Made by a program: the position numbers and the translations under genes. Source: Rhizodiscina lignyota (Eukaryota). Taken from it: a DNA stretch of 64,000 nt. This document shows, in pieces, positions 38,393 through 52,596 of the stretch. The notes under the pieces were generated by a model. That model ran no database searches, was not told the origin of the DNA, and saw only the letters and a list, made by a program, of their open reading frames with translations. The stretch is taken from contig ML978123.1 of the NCBI GenBank assembly GCA_010015805.1, forward strand, positions 1,178,001 to 1,242,000, given 5' to 3'. Position 1 is the first letter of the stretch. The number at the start of each line of letters is the position of its first letter.

Positions 38393-40699
38393 TTACGCTG
38401 CCGGACCCGCAGCCTGACCTGGAACTGGCTTCCTGCTTGGCACAGGAAGCATGGCACTCTGGCTCAGAGGACTCAGCCCAGGCGGGCTATTCCTCTTCGA
38501 GCCAGCAGGAGCACCGTTCGGGGTCATGATCTGGCTCATCGAGTTGCTCCTCCTCCTTTGCTCCGGTGCCGCCATCCTAGAGCCATTGGCACCGTTCGGG
38601 CCAGGACTCATGCTCCTTGGGACGCTGCCAGAACGACCACGACCGCCTGGTCCCATCGGTGAGGAGGGGCGCGGGGGTCTGCCGAATGGCGCACCTGGGC
38701 CGCCGTTGGGTCCAGTTGGAGTCATTGGACGCGCGCCAGGACCCGGAGAGTTACGACCGGTTGGGGTCATGGGACGGCCCTGAGGACCATAGGGTCCAGG
38801 AGAGTTACGGCCAGAAGGCGGGCCCATGGGACGAGGGCCAGGAGCGGGATAGTTGCGACCGGTTGGAGTCAAGGGACGAGGGGCACCAGGGAGACCAGCA
38901 GGGGGAGGTCCGCGAGGAGGGCTGCCGCGAGGGCCCGGTGGGCCACGAGGGCCATTAGCGTTTGGTGGAGGGCGAGGCTTGACGGCGTGCTTCGAGAGGC
39001 AGGTACGCGGAACGACACCTTGATGAGTGCGATCCATGCGGAGGCAGAGCGCCTAGGGAGTAGTAGTCAGTCCTCAGCACGTTCATGTCATTAATGCAAT
39101 ACTCACCCATCCGTCATCGTACTCATGAAGCATGCGGACAAGTTGGCCAGCGTGGAGCTCGAGTTCGTCATCCATCGAGGGCTTGAAGTCCATCTGAACC
39201 CTGTGCACGTTGTTTGCAGGAGCACCAGACCCAGTAGCTGCTGAGGCGAGACTAGTGGAGCTAGCGGCCGCTCCACCGGGAAGAAGAGAGGCAGGGACTT
39301 CGCTAGCGGTAGTGCTTGGTGCATCAGTCAATGCGGGACTGGGAGGACCAGGGGTGATCATAGAAACAGCAGACTTGGTCGACTTGAGACTGAGTGGCTT
39401 TGGAACAACCGGGTCATCCTTTGGATCTTTGGACTCATTCGAAGCCTTGGAGGCGTTGGATGGCGCCTTGTTATGATTTGCGGATGTGAAAGCTGCAGCT
39501 GCAACAGCAGCTCCGGCAGCAGCTCCGGCGGCAGCAGCATCAGTGGCGGCAGCAGTAGTAGTAGGGCCAGTAGCAGGACCAGAGGTGGGAGCAGTAGTAG
39601 TAATAGAAGGAGCAGTAGCACTGATAGGAGAGACGATATCAGTTTGCGAGGGAGATCCTGGAGCGTTGGACAGATTGTTCTGAGCCGCTTCGTTGGCAAC
39701 AGTTTCAGCATGGTTGCCAAACGGATTGTTCGGGTCGTTCGCATGGTCACGCTGGCCTGGCTTCTCCCAAGCACTAGCACTGGATGGTTCGGTCGCAGCG
39801 GCGGTCTGACCGGGCTGACGAAGACCACGAGATCCTGCAGCAGCTCCAGCACCTGCTGCGCCACCAACCATCATTGCGCCTGCAGATGGCCCTGATTCCG
39901 GAATGTCGAGCATGTTGCCTGCGCTCTTACGGTTCGATGTAAGACCAGGAAGGAACTGAGTGACAGGGCGAAGACTAAGACGTGGAGCAAAAGAGTTGAC
40001 GTTCTTGCGTGGCCTTGGTGTCGCCTCTGCACCTGCAGCACCTGCAGTCATGGGGAAGGCGTCATTGTTGTTGTTGGCAGCTTGACCTTTCTCGTCGTCC
40101 AGTCGTTCATGATCCTCGCCTGCAGCAGCCTTTCTGCGGCGGATGAAGAACAGTGCAGCGACTAGAAGAGCACCGACTCCAAGAAGAACGCCAATTGCAA
40201 TGCCGGCCTTTGCGCCTCCTGAGAGACCACTCGAAGATGAACTCGAAGCATTCGGAGATGCAGTAGCACTCGATGAAGACGCAGCACCAGCGGCAAGCGG
40301 GTCGAGGGTTGATGATGGGGTAGCATCTGTTAAATGAGTCCCACCAATGGGAGTTCCAACGATATGCGAAGTCGAGGGGGTCTCTGCAGCACTTGAGGTC
40401 TCGCGTGCACTTGTCGTGCTTGCCTTGTGAGTTGCTTCGCTGGCACTGGTGCTCTCGGCTGGAGTCGGTGTTACAGTCGCCTTCGAGGGCGTTGGCGTGT
40501 CCTTGGGCTCGGGCTTTGCCTCAGGTGTCGTGGTGGGATCGCTTTTGTGCTGAGAAGTGGTTGAAGAAGGGACTTGAGTGATGTAGACGGCAGGCCCAGA
40601 GAAGGTCTTCTTCGCCGTCACGTAGACGACTGAGACACTCGTGGAGACATCATCGTCGTTCTTACGAACGAAGAGGTCGCGCAGATTCGGGAGACGCAT
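38393..40699 (-). CDS. single-pass membrane protein with S/T-rich ectodomain, SH3 domain and Pro-rich tail (Fus1-like)
   Basis: TM GAKAGIAIGVLLGVGALLVAALFFIRRRK; SH3 VHRVQMDFKPSMDDELEL..LHEYDDGW|ALCLRMDRTHQGVVPRTCLS across an intron at ~39106-39053. Confidence 0.87.
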
Positions 40700-43176
40700 T
40701 TTTTCGAAGCTTCGCGTATTCGAGCTCGAGGTTGGAGAAGTGCGTGTGTTGTATTAGAGGCGGTTGGATGAGCTGAAGGAAGGTGTTACGATTCGGCCAG
40801 CGTGTCGATTGGTGCGATTCGGTGACGCTCCGCGGAATGCGAATCAACAGCAAGGGCGGAGAGGGAAGGCCAGGCGCAAGGGCGCGGAGTCGTTCTAAAA
40901 GAGCGTGGGCGAAGCGAAACAGAGTTGAGCGCCGATAAACGAAGGACGACGACAACCTGGTCGCGAAGCAGAAAAGAGTGAATGAAGGCCGTAGTTGGGT
41001 GGAGGAGTGAGAGAGGCGAGGCGTGGTGCAGAGAGAAGAGGTGCAGAAACACCGAGAGGGAGTCGCTGGCTCACTCGCGCCTGCAGCTCGCGTGTGGCCG
41101 CATGCCTGCTCGCATCTGCACTGGCCACGCTGAGAAGGCCTGAAATTGCGCGCTAGCATCTGCCTGCTCTAGCGCCTTGGCTAGCGCCAGGTACGTGCGC
41201 GCGCCCATTGGCTGCATCTCGGCCTGCCGCGCACGCCCCCTATCGCGCACTCGTCGATGTTATTTGGCGCGCAGGCTTCATCGCTGTGTTTCACGCTTGC
41301 ACGCGGAACAACTGCTGCCATCCAGCTCGTATCTGGCCAGCTCAAGCGATGACCCTTCCATGCCGGCCGTCGTCGTGTATCCATGCTGCCTTCCCGCACG
41401 CCTCCGCTGGACGAAATACCTCGCATGCAACCAACTCTATGAAGCCATGCACTTCTATGCTGTACCTTCGGAAAATATTTCACGTTTCACGTTTCGACCG
41501 CACCCTCTTGTCTACCCGCCTAGCGCTCCAAACGTTGACCGACTCGGGGGCGGGAGCGAGTCTGAGATCAAGCGAAAAGACCGCCCAGTGACCGCCTAGC
41601 AACAGCCTCTTATTAGTCTTGGCCAGTCCGCGCGCATGAAACGCCGTGGAGGCGCAGTTGCGTATATTCCGAACCACCGAAATGAAACTGTGGCGCGGCT
41701 GTTGTGCGGTGGAAGCTGAGCATCTTCCATTTCGAACGCGAGACCGCTACTCATGACCTCGTGCTCGAGTATTCCGTAAGGACTAGTGACCGTTCAACTT
41801 CGTTATTCTCTATTCCATACTTACTTGTGTCGTGTGTAATTCGCACCCTTACATATCGTAATGCCTGATCTATCATCTCATGCCCTGGACCCGCAATATA
41901 GCGGCCGGCAATGGCGCAAGCCGTCCCTGTCAGGATCTTCTCACGGCTTACGCTAGTATTTGCAATTTATAGGCGGATATTCTCCAGATGCCTTGCTTAT
42001 CATTGAATTAATACAGCCGATTCATCCGGCGAGTGGAGGCAAGGTTGAGAGAAAGCCAGAGGTGTGACATTGGCAGTGTCAAGACTTGTTCGGAGACAGA
42101 GTTTCTTTCTTGTTACCGCAATCCATGTAGAACCATTAGAAGGGGCGCCAGCGCATATGAGAATGCTTTCTTATTCGAAGCCCACGGAAAATCTCACTTT
42201 AAGACGCATCAGGATGACTCCAAAATAGATACGTCCAAAGTTCCCCTCGCTCTTCACAAATGCCTTGGCAAGGATATCAAAAAGAAGAGGGACCTTCTCT
42301 CATCATCCTTGGAAGAAATACATGTATCGGTGATAATAGCCCTCTCTTCCGTACTGCCGAACATCTAGCCTTCAAGCTGCTGCAGCTGGACGACACTCAG
42401 CTTGCGATTTCAGTATACGTATTGTCACAAGCTCACGTGCCTTGGTCTTGAATGTTGGCTACAGCGAGATCAAGACACGAAAGCCTGGAGTATCGGAGAA
42501 GAAACCACGGTATACCCAGTTTTGGAGAGAAAAGTCATTGGGATCGCCATGAACCAATCCGGCATAATTGAACCGTTCGCGATAGACACGCTGCTTTCAA
42601 TAGTTTTGAGACCACCTAGAGGGAATTCTGGTAAGTAATAAATAGGTTTAGACAATTTTGATTCATGATAGAGGAGAGGAGTAGAGTAGTTCGCCATATC
42701 ACCAAATTTAATACTCTTGGCCAAGGTGGGGAATCATTGCGTTTGCAATACGACAAGATGGCAAAACAGCAGTATCATAGGACGACACTCACACTTGGAT
42801 GCAAGATCACAGAATTACCATATCTCAAATAGGTTGAATGCTCATGCGTATCTAATTTCGCAGAGTGAAGAGGAACTTCTCTCCAGGCTAGGTACGTCGA
42901 ACATCGTGTCCGAATCGGGAAGTGCCTGGGTCGTGCGATGTCAACCTTGAAAGATATCAACTGCCCATGACAAAGCCAACTCTCTCCATCACGCAACATT
43001 TCAAGTGAGACTTTCTTCCTCTCCAAGTACTTCCGAAATTGATTTGGTGTTTTCGCCGCATCTTCAGGTGCACATTCAAATTCTCTGACGCAACAGCCTT
43101 TTCCAGTCATCCAAGTCTCAAACAGAAGAGTCCTACGGCTTGAGGTCTCTGATATTGGATCCACCGACGGATCAAG

Positions 43177-46100
43177 ATGGGGAGAACAGTTACCATCGCG
43201 GCTGCTCAGCTCAACCAATGGGCACTGGATTTCGAGGGCAACACGAACAGAATCATCGAAAGCATTCGCATCGCAAAAGAGCGAGGAGCCACCTTGAGAT
43301 GCGGTCCGGTTCGTCTCCTGAGATGCAGCATAGAACTCGAGCTGATGTACTGAACGTAATATCAGGAGCTTGAAATTCCGGGCTACGGCTGCCAGGATCA
43401 TTTCCTCGAGTCGGATCTCTATCTGCACAGTCTTGAGTGCCTTGCGAAGATCCTGGTACATCCCGATTGCCAGGACATATTGCTGGACATAGGTATCCCA
43501 ATGATGCACCGCAATGTTCGATTCAATTGCCGGGTGTATGTATGCCCTGATGTACAGACTGAAATCTGCAGAACCTGCTAGCTTACTCTGCTTTTCAGCA
43601 TATGTCTCAACAAGCAGATCCTTCTGATAAGACCCAAGATGTTCTTGGCCGATGACGGGTAGTTCGCCTTGTAAGATCCGATATGGAGATACCATCTAAC
43701 AGTATTGCAGTAATTACAGGGAGTCACGGTGGTTGTGAGTGGCAGCATTGATGTTCCTTAAATCTTTTGCGCCATGCTGATCGTAAACAGCACACCGTGG
43801 AACCGCCCGCAGCACGTCGAAGAATACTATCTCCCCCGCATCCTCCAGGACATCGTGGGGAGAGTCAAGGTTCCAATTGGAGATGCGGTGATATCAACGG
43901 CTGACAGTACGTCGTCCTGTGAAGGTGGATATTCAAGACATACTAATTTCTTGATGCAAGCTTGCTTTGGAGCTGAAACCTGCGAAGAGCTCTTCACTCC
44001 TCAGAGTCCTCACATAGGTAAGTTGGATCTCCTTTCCGCTATAAGATGTCAAGACTGAACCCATCAGGGATGAGTTTAAACGGCGTTGAGTGAGCTCTTC
44101 TCCCAACGCCGATATTGAAAAGAGGCTCATTACAGCAGAATCATTACAAACAGCAGCGGGAGTCACCACCAACTGAGGAAACTCGATACGGTAGGCTTCC
44201 TGTTGGTACAAGTCAAATTCTAATTGTACTAATTTACTTTGTACGATATAGCGTATCGCTCTCATACGAGAAGCGACACGCAAATGTGGAGGCATATACC
44301 TCTATACTAATCAAAGGGGGTAAGGAATCCGATAAGACTATCTCTATAACATACTCACAGATGATGCAGGTGCGACGGAGACAGACTTTATTACGTATTG
44401 CTCCTTCGCCATGATTGAACAACCTCGACATTACAGATCGCTCACTCATTGATAGGACGGGTGCGCGATGATCATAATGAACGGAGATGTCGTGGCTCAA
44501 GCGAGCCAGTTCAGTCTGAACGACATTGAAGTCATCACGGCGATCTGTGATCTCGAAAGCGTTCGCTCATTCCGGTCTCCCCCTAGCAGAGGCCTGCAAG
44601 CTATACAAGCACCCACATATCAACGAATCGAGACGCCTTTCAGTCTTTCGCCAAAGGAGAGGATCATGGATCGCGACCATAAACCTACTCCACCGCTCGA
44701 GAAAATCCGCCTCCATCTCCCGGAGGAGGAGATCGCTCTTGGGCCGGCATGCTGGCTCTGGGATTATTTGCGCCGCTGCGGTGGTGTTGCAGGGTATATG
44801 TACGTATTCATACATCGTATACGAATAGGGATAATGCCATTGATATACCCATTACGAACAGGCTCGCCTTGTCCGGTGGTATCGATTCGTGCAGCACTGC
44901 CACAAGTGAGTCGGCGATTAATGCCAAAGGGGCTTGCAAACTTGCTAACGGAACGTGATGCAGTCGTATTTTCCATGTGCCGCTTGGTGATTCAAGCCAT
45001 CAAAGATGGAAACGAACAAGTTGCCTCTGATTGCCGCCGACTCTGCGCATTAGAGGATGGTGCAGAGCTCCCAAAGACTGCTGAAGAGCTCTGTGGCAAA
45101 CTCTTCCACACAGCATACATGGGGACGAAGGCGGCTTCCTCTCCCGAGACCCGAAAACGTGCTGTTGAGCTCTCAAAGAGGATCGGCGCGTATCATACTG
45201 ATCTGAATATTGACACGGTCGTCAAAGGTATCTGCTGAATCTTATTACATCTCATTCTCAAACGAATGCTCACACAGTATAGCTCTGACCGATATGTTCA
45301 CTCTCGCTACAAACTTCATGCCTCGTTTCAGGAGCCAGGGAGGTTCCGGTAAGTGACGGTCTAATATAGAACCCGAAGCTGTGCTAATTCGCCTATACTT
45401 CAGGGGCCGAGAATCTTGCTCTTCAGAATATCCAAGCCCGGTTGCGGATGGTCATCATTTACCTCTTTGCTCAACTGCTTCCAACGGTGCGTGGACGCCG
45501 AGGCGGCGGCGGTCTGCTTGTCCTGGGCTCCGCAAACGTAGACGAGTGTCTGCGAGGATACCTTACGAAGTATGACTGCTCGAGTGCGGACATCAATCCC
45601 ATTGGCGGCATATCGAAGACGGACCTTAAGAGGTTCATCAAGTGGGCGCAGACGGAGTTCGACATGCCCGTCCTCGAGGAGTTCCTCAATGCAACCCCGA
45701 CCGCGGAGCTGGAACCACTGACGGAAACGTATGTTCAGAGTGACGAGGTATGATTCTGTCCTACAAGCTGCAGATATGCTGCCTATATTGCACATCCCCT
45801 TCCTTCCTCTCCGCTTCTTATATGCACTTGATGTCTTCATAAAGTGCTAACGTATCACACAGGTTGATATGGGAATGACCTACGACGAGCTCAGCGTAAG
45901 TTATCACACGGATGCTTGATGACTTGGAGAATGGTTGAATCACTCTGTTACGGACGATAAATCATTCAAAATGCTCTCGGCCGAACCTGTGCTAACTTGA
46001 ACAACTAAATAAAGGTTTTCGGTCGCCTTCGAAAGATCGACAAACTTGGACCATTCGGCATGTGGGAGTTGCTTGTGAGCTCGTCGCTGTAAAGTGAACT

Positions 46101-46636
46101 CATCACCAATTGCTTACTTCGAAAGGTCCAAACTTGGACTCATCTGTCTCCCAGTCAAGTTTACGAGAAAGTGCGCCGGTTCTTCTACTACTACGGTATT
46201 AACAGGTGTGTACATCCCTCGGCCTTGTGAGCATGACTTCTGCTGATGCTTTCTCAGACACAAGCAAACTGTTTTGACGCCATGTAAGAGAATTTGCCCC
46301 TTTTTGGATCTGGTAACGTACTGACAACCTTTCTGTAGCCTACCATGTCAGTTTGATCCTTCGTAGCGCAGCCCACGGGCGACGTTGCGGTGAACTTCCA
46401 CCCGCTTGAGCTAAAGCTGACTATGTGACGAGGCCGAACAATACTCTCCGGATGATAACAGATTCGACCTCCGACCGTAAGTTTGTTCAGAGCGCTGCTT
46501 TATGTCGGACGTGTGCTAATTTGTCGTGTAAACTAGTTTTCTCTACCCTCCTTTAAACTTCGCATATCAGAAGATCGAGTCCGCACTGCGCCTGATCGAG
46601 AGGAACGGAGAGCAAAAGGAAGGAAAGACGGAGTGA
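43177..46636 (+). CDS. QNS1: glutamine-dependent NAD+ synthetase, 22 exons
   Basis: [106 protein letters not shown] traced 21 GT-AG introns. Confidence 0.95.
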
Positions 46637-47051
46637 ACGCTGCTGTTGTGCGGAGAAAGATAGTGCTGTTGGCAAGTCCAGTGAGACTCGGGGTGCGGAC
46701 CTCAACAGGCCTGGAGTTGGGACTACTCGGGAAACGTAGTTGATATCTCAGCCAAGGTTCGAGGAAGTATTTAGGGATAGTTGATGAGAGAGCGGAGAAA
46801 CGAATGTTTGTAGATGACACTATTGATAGGGACATGCATCAAGTTAAGTGACAGTCGCGTAGTACGGGCGGCACTGAACTTATTGATAGTAATGGGCTTA
46901 TTGCTTCAACAGCTGTCATACATTCTGAGACTGCTATCCCTTCTGCCCAATCTTCGGCCGCACATTCCATCATGGTCCCAACGCCAATGAAGTGGTTGCT
47001 GTATGACTGCTTGCTAACGCTGGCTCCAGCGGTCCAGCCTCAAGATGGCTC

Positions 47052-47675
47052 TCAAGCCAGCACCTGTCTTCGAATGTCTTCTTCTAGTCCCTTTGTCAAT
47101 TCAATCCACTTAACGGCTTCCCTCGGTTCCGCTCCGACTATGACCCATAAATCGACAGTCGAGGGGATGATTGTGAAAGAAGCCAGTCCCCGCAGTTTCT
47201 GTAACTCGGGGACAATATCGACACGCTCATGCCATGCTCCCGTCACGGGTGATTCGATAGTAACGTGTTTTATATTCCTGAAGCCTTCAACAAACATTCT
47301 CAGTCCTCCAATATAGATAGGGTGAACCATAAGGCAGGAGTCGCGCCGAGGAAGCAGTGAATTCTTCAGAATCGGATACCAGAGTCCCCTCAGGGAAAGT
47401 CGTTTCAAGAGCATTCCAATTGATGATCCGAATGCCTTGCAGAAAGGAGACAAGTCGTCGACATTAATGGCGATTGTCTTGGGACCGAAATAATGATGAA
47501 GTGCCTCTTCGCGGATCTGTCTGTTGACGTGGCTCAGGTTGAGGGCATGTTGAAATGGTGTGGAACCCCACGAATGGACGCGAATAATCCCGTCGGGGGC
47601 ATAATAGTCGTAAATTTTAAGTCGCAGTTCAGCTGAAAGATCGAGGAAACGGAATGGAATGTCTTGATGAGGCAT
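47052..47675 (-). CDS. F-box-like/2EXR-type hypothetical protein
   Basis: N-terminal PFRFLDLSAELRLKIYDY and LSHVNRQIREEA, typical of fungal F-box-like proteins; intronless, 207 aa. Confidence 0.7.
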   Translation of the reverse strand: MPHQDIPFRFLDLSAELRLKIYDYYAPDGIIRVHSWGSTPFQHALNLSHVNRQIREEALHHYFGPKTIAINVDDLSPFCKAFGSSIGMLLKRLSLRGLWYPILKNSLLPRRDSCLMVHPIYIGGLRMFVEGFRNIKHVTIESPVTGAWHERVDIVPELQKLRGLASFTIIPSTVDLWVIVGAEPREAVKWIELTKGLEEDIRRQVLA

Positions 47676-48634
47676 CGTGATCGCAGGGTATCGTTGCCAG
47701 AATGGTTGATAGAGTAGTGTTTCGAGGAGTGAAAGAAGAAAATAGTCCCATATAGAGTGTTTTATAGGATTCGTGATAATTGTGAGTAGTTGTGGAATAA
47801 GATTAGAGCAACATACTCGAGCTTATAAATACCTGCCGCGCGTCTGTGTTTATTGGGTGTAGTAGTGTCGCATAGAGACACAAAACACGTAGTGAGCTAA
47901 CATTCGTGTTCCCAAAAGCTAAGAACTAGAGGATAGTGATAGTGCCCATCAGTCTGAATTGTCTCGTGTATTGCCGATCAAGCAGGTGTGTTTTGAGGAA
48001 GCCGCAAGTCAACTTTGTCATTCGCTTGGTGCGGCTTGCTGAGCGTCTAAGTGTGCTAGAACTACTTCCGACCTGGAGCCATTGATAATCTAGCCTTATC
48101 AAACCAAAACTCAAACTTCGTGAGGGAATAGATTGAATCCAGAATGGGGTAATTGCTCGAAACACTCATGAGGTCAAGTTGGAGGACTGTTTCGTTCGAA
48201 AGATCAAGCGGAGTGAGGAGAGTGATGGCACATGCTAGAAAAGACAACCACCCGATTTCAAAGAACTCGTATAAAATTGAAGTACATCCTTTAGCGCAGG
48301 CTATGAAATGCCGTCGGTTCTGTTTTCCAGCTGAGTGGATGTTGCAGACATTACATGCATGCATGTGGATTCCACGTCATGGATGCGACAGGATAGAGAA
48401 AGTCATCAGTCAGTAGCGCTATTAACCCTAATTTCGGCCCGAAGAGTAGATGAGAAGATAGTATTTGTATGTTGCGCTGGTCATTGCTTTGCACTATATC
48501 GAAATTGAAGCTGTCGCATAGTTGTGAACTTCATAAAGCCTCTATCGGAAACACAGAGTGAGCAGCGGGCACAGCTGCAGAATACCAACACCGACCTTTA
48601 TACAGCCATAAGGCTGGTAGCTAACTGTCTTTGG

Positions 48635-49056
48635 ACCGATATGCCCCTACAAGGATTGATTCCGCAATCAATCGATACTAAGTTCGTCGAGCATGAGAAG
48701 CAAACTTGCTGTGTTTCGGAGCTAACCATGGCTACTCAGACTGAAACCAAGCGGCTCTATCAAGTCCTTAAAGAGAGGCTCGCAAAACAACAGGCCAAGG
48801 ATCTCGGACTGTGGATCGTCGGAGGCGAGTATACGTGCTTCAGCTGGGTAAATTGGGCTGAATGGGCTGGCGTTCCGACAAAGCCATTCCCAAAGGTAGA
48901 GGATTGGATGAATGCGGTTGCAGCAAGGCCTGCTACAGAAAGAATAGTCAATCTTCCAGATCGCTGCGAAATGAAAGAACCCATGAAGGCCAATGAGGGG
49001 CAGAGTATACCAAGTACCATAGTAAATGGGTCATGAAGGGACAGGAGGCGGGCTAA
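48635..49056 (+). pseudogene. decayed glutathione S-transferase (Ure2p/GST-II-like C-terminal half)
   Basis: QTETKRLYQVLKERL..WIVGGEYT-CFSWVNWAEWAGV..FPKVEDWMNAVAARPA lacks the usual (S/T)IADI capping residues. The tail EYTKYHSKWVMKGQE is in another frame and no N-terminal domain was found. Confidence 0.65.
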
Positions 49057-49177
49057 GAGAAGCAGAGGTAGACAAAACTTACAGGAACACTGAACATGTG
49101 TGCACTCATGACTTTTGACAGGTCGAGAAGTGTATGTCTAAATTCTCTAGGATGTTTCGGGGACACTTGAGTGATGT

Positions 49178-50097
49178 TCAAACCGGATCGTCAGTATAAT
49201 CTGGTCCTTGAGATTCAGCTGCATCCTGAAGGCTCCGCTCCTCCTCTAGTTGTGCAGCCCACAGTGCTGAGCCAGCCGCAGTGGTGAGAAGGAAGAACAT
49301 CTGGAAAATCGGAATAAGCTGCAGGATCAGTCCGATGGTTCCGAACCTGTCACTCGTCAGTGACGTATCCTTATCACTAATATGAACGTGTTTTACCAAG
49401 TGTATTTCAATTGTCTTCTCTTAATGAAATCATTGCGCTGCTTCTTGTCGTAGCCCCTGAGCTTGAACAGCCGCCAGTGATGGAAAGGTCCAGCTCGATA
49501 TCCCGTCAAAAGTAGAAATACCGGCACTCCAACGTAAGGTATGAGATTTAAAGGTAGAAATATTATAAACTCGAATATTTGGCGGAAGGAGAAGGGCGCA
49601 TAGACTGAAGAGACGGTAGGTTTCCCAAGGGCTTTGACCGGATCAGCTTGATCGGGGTCGACGGGTCGAGTCGTTGAGACGAGGTCTTCGAAGCCTTTCG
49701 CTACAAGCACCTTGACCGATACATGTCAGTATCCTATTGCCTGAGGATGTACATCGTTACTCACAGTATCAAAAATGTCCACTTGTGTCTCGTCGCAAAG
49801 GAAGGCCTCGAACAATAGTCCGACTATGGCCGCGCCTTCTCCCAGAACCAGGACAGTCGCATTGAACCACGCAGCACGTCCATGAAAGATGGCAAGGAAA
49901 GCAACCTGCGGCAGGTATGTGAAGAGGAATAGGTTCACGTAGACAAAAATTGAAAGCAGGAAGACGGGAAGCAGTCGAGCGCGGAGCAGCGGATACATGA
50001 ACGGGTGACGGAGAAAATAGAATATGCCTTTGATTGGATATAGCCATGAGGCGCCGTATGTAGCCTGAAATGGCCGCAACAGCACAGATGGAGGCAT
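49178..50097 (-). CDS. EI24-domain membrane protein (Lds2/Rrt8-like)
   Basis: SWLYPIKGIFYFLRHP; FLFTYLPQVAFL; LPLNLIPYVGVP; FFLLTTAAGSALWA; 2 introns. Confidence 0.85.
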
Positions 50098-50403
50098 CTT
50101 TTGCGAAGATTGTTGAAGTGCTTCTGCTGCCAGAACTATTTTGCATGAAGCGATCTGATAATTCTAATTGGGTTTAGCCTCCTAGAAGGCACGTGCCGTG
50201 CCTTCGTCATCTATGGGATAAGTGGAGCTTGGCGCTTGCCAGGCAACCAGCCTCATCTCCGTTGCTGTCGCAAGCTCTGTTATCAACCAAACATCATCCT
50301 CCTCCATCCCCCATCTCACATTTCTCCTTTCTGGCATCCATCCATCTACAGCTGGTGTTGTTACGAGAAGCATAGCAGATCAAGGCGACCACGCTCTTTC
50401 AAC

Positions 50404-51718
<1,315 letters not shown>

Positions 51719-52596
51719 ATGCACACCCACATGGCAGAATGCAGAGAGGAGGACCAGGAGATTGGTGAACCAGAATGCAGCTGGAAGCAAGGAGAGCAAA
51801 ACGTGTACTAATACTGGTGGATAAATGAAGGAAAGCGCCTCAGATCGCGCAGTAAATTGGGAACAGTACAGCCTGCCGGCGCCGCTCATTCTTTCCTTGG
51901 TTCCTGTATTCACTATAATTGTACTCTGGCACGGGTCAGGCGATTTGGTTAGCTAGGTGCAAGTTTAGCTAGATACTCAACAAGCAGTCTTCTGTCTTAC
52001 ACACCTGAGCATCGCGTGACGCGCCTTATCGGCCCTCGTGCGTGTGTGATTAGTGGTCCCGCGATATTCCATAACCCATGCTCCAGGCAGGCATTGCCTA
52101 ACGGCCGGTGCACTGTCACCGCTGGATTCGCCGACCACTGTCGGAAGAAGGAATAAAAACTTTGGAAGGACTCACAGCTGCAGTTCCCTGCAATACTAGT
52201 GTCCGCAGTGGTCTGCAGAGCTATTTCGAAAGGCCGCAGGCTAGGCAGCGTGGATCGTCGCCGAGGCCGTCTTCTCTCGACAGCAGCAAATCCATTGGGT
52301 CCGACATTCAACACCAACCCCGAGCGCCGCGCTCGACACGACCATGCAAGCACTTCAACATGTGACTCTTTCGCCCTCTGCACGCGCTCATCGCAGCTGC
52401 TAGCAGAATCCGCCGTGCCTGAAAGGCCACACTTTTCCTAGAAACGCTGCCTGCACGTCGCACGCGCGCCACGGGAGTGCCGAATCCACCAGCAGTCACC
52501 GCAAGCCCGCACTACACGAGGCGCAGTTCTGCGTTACAAAGCCTGTGACCTCGAATTTGTGAAGAGCTCAGGTACCACCCGAGCTCACCCTTCCTC

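Noticed and set aside
39480..39620. GCA/GTA-rich repeats
   Set aside because: They encode the Ala/Thr low-complexity linker of the SH3 protein.
42775..43695. 306-aa antisense ORF overlapping the first QNS1 exons
   Set aside because: No recognisable motif; it overlaps a well-supported gene on the other strand and is most likely a shadow ORF.
48423..48431. TAACCCTAA, identical to a telomerase RNA template for TTAGGG
   Set aside because: A single 9-mer in a 1.5 kb gap that is partly a GST pseudogene. No surrounding helices or pseudoknot were seen, and it is 25 kb from the structured element.
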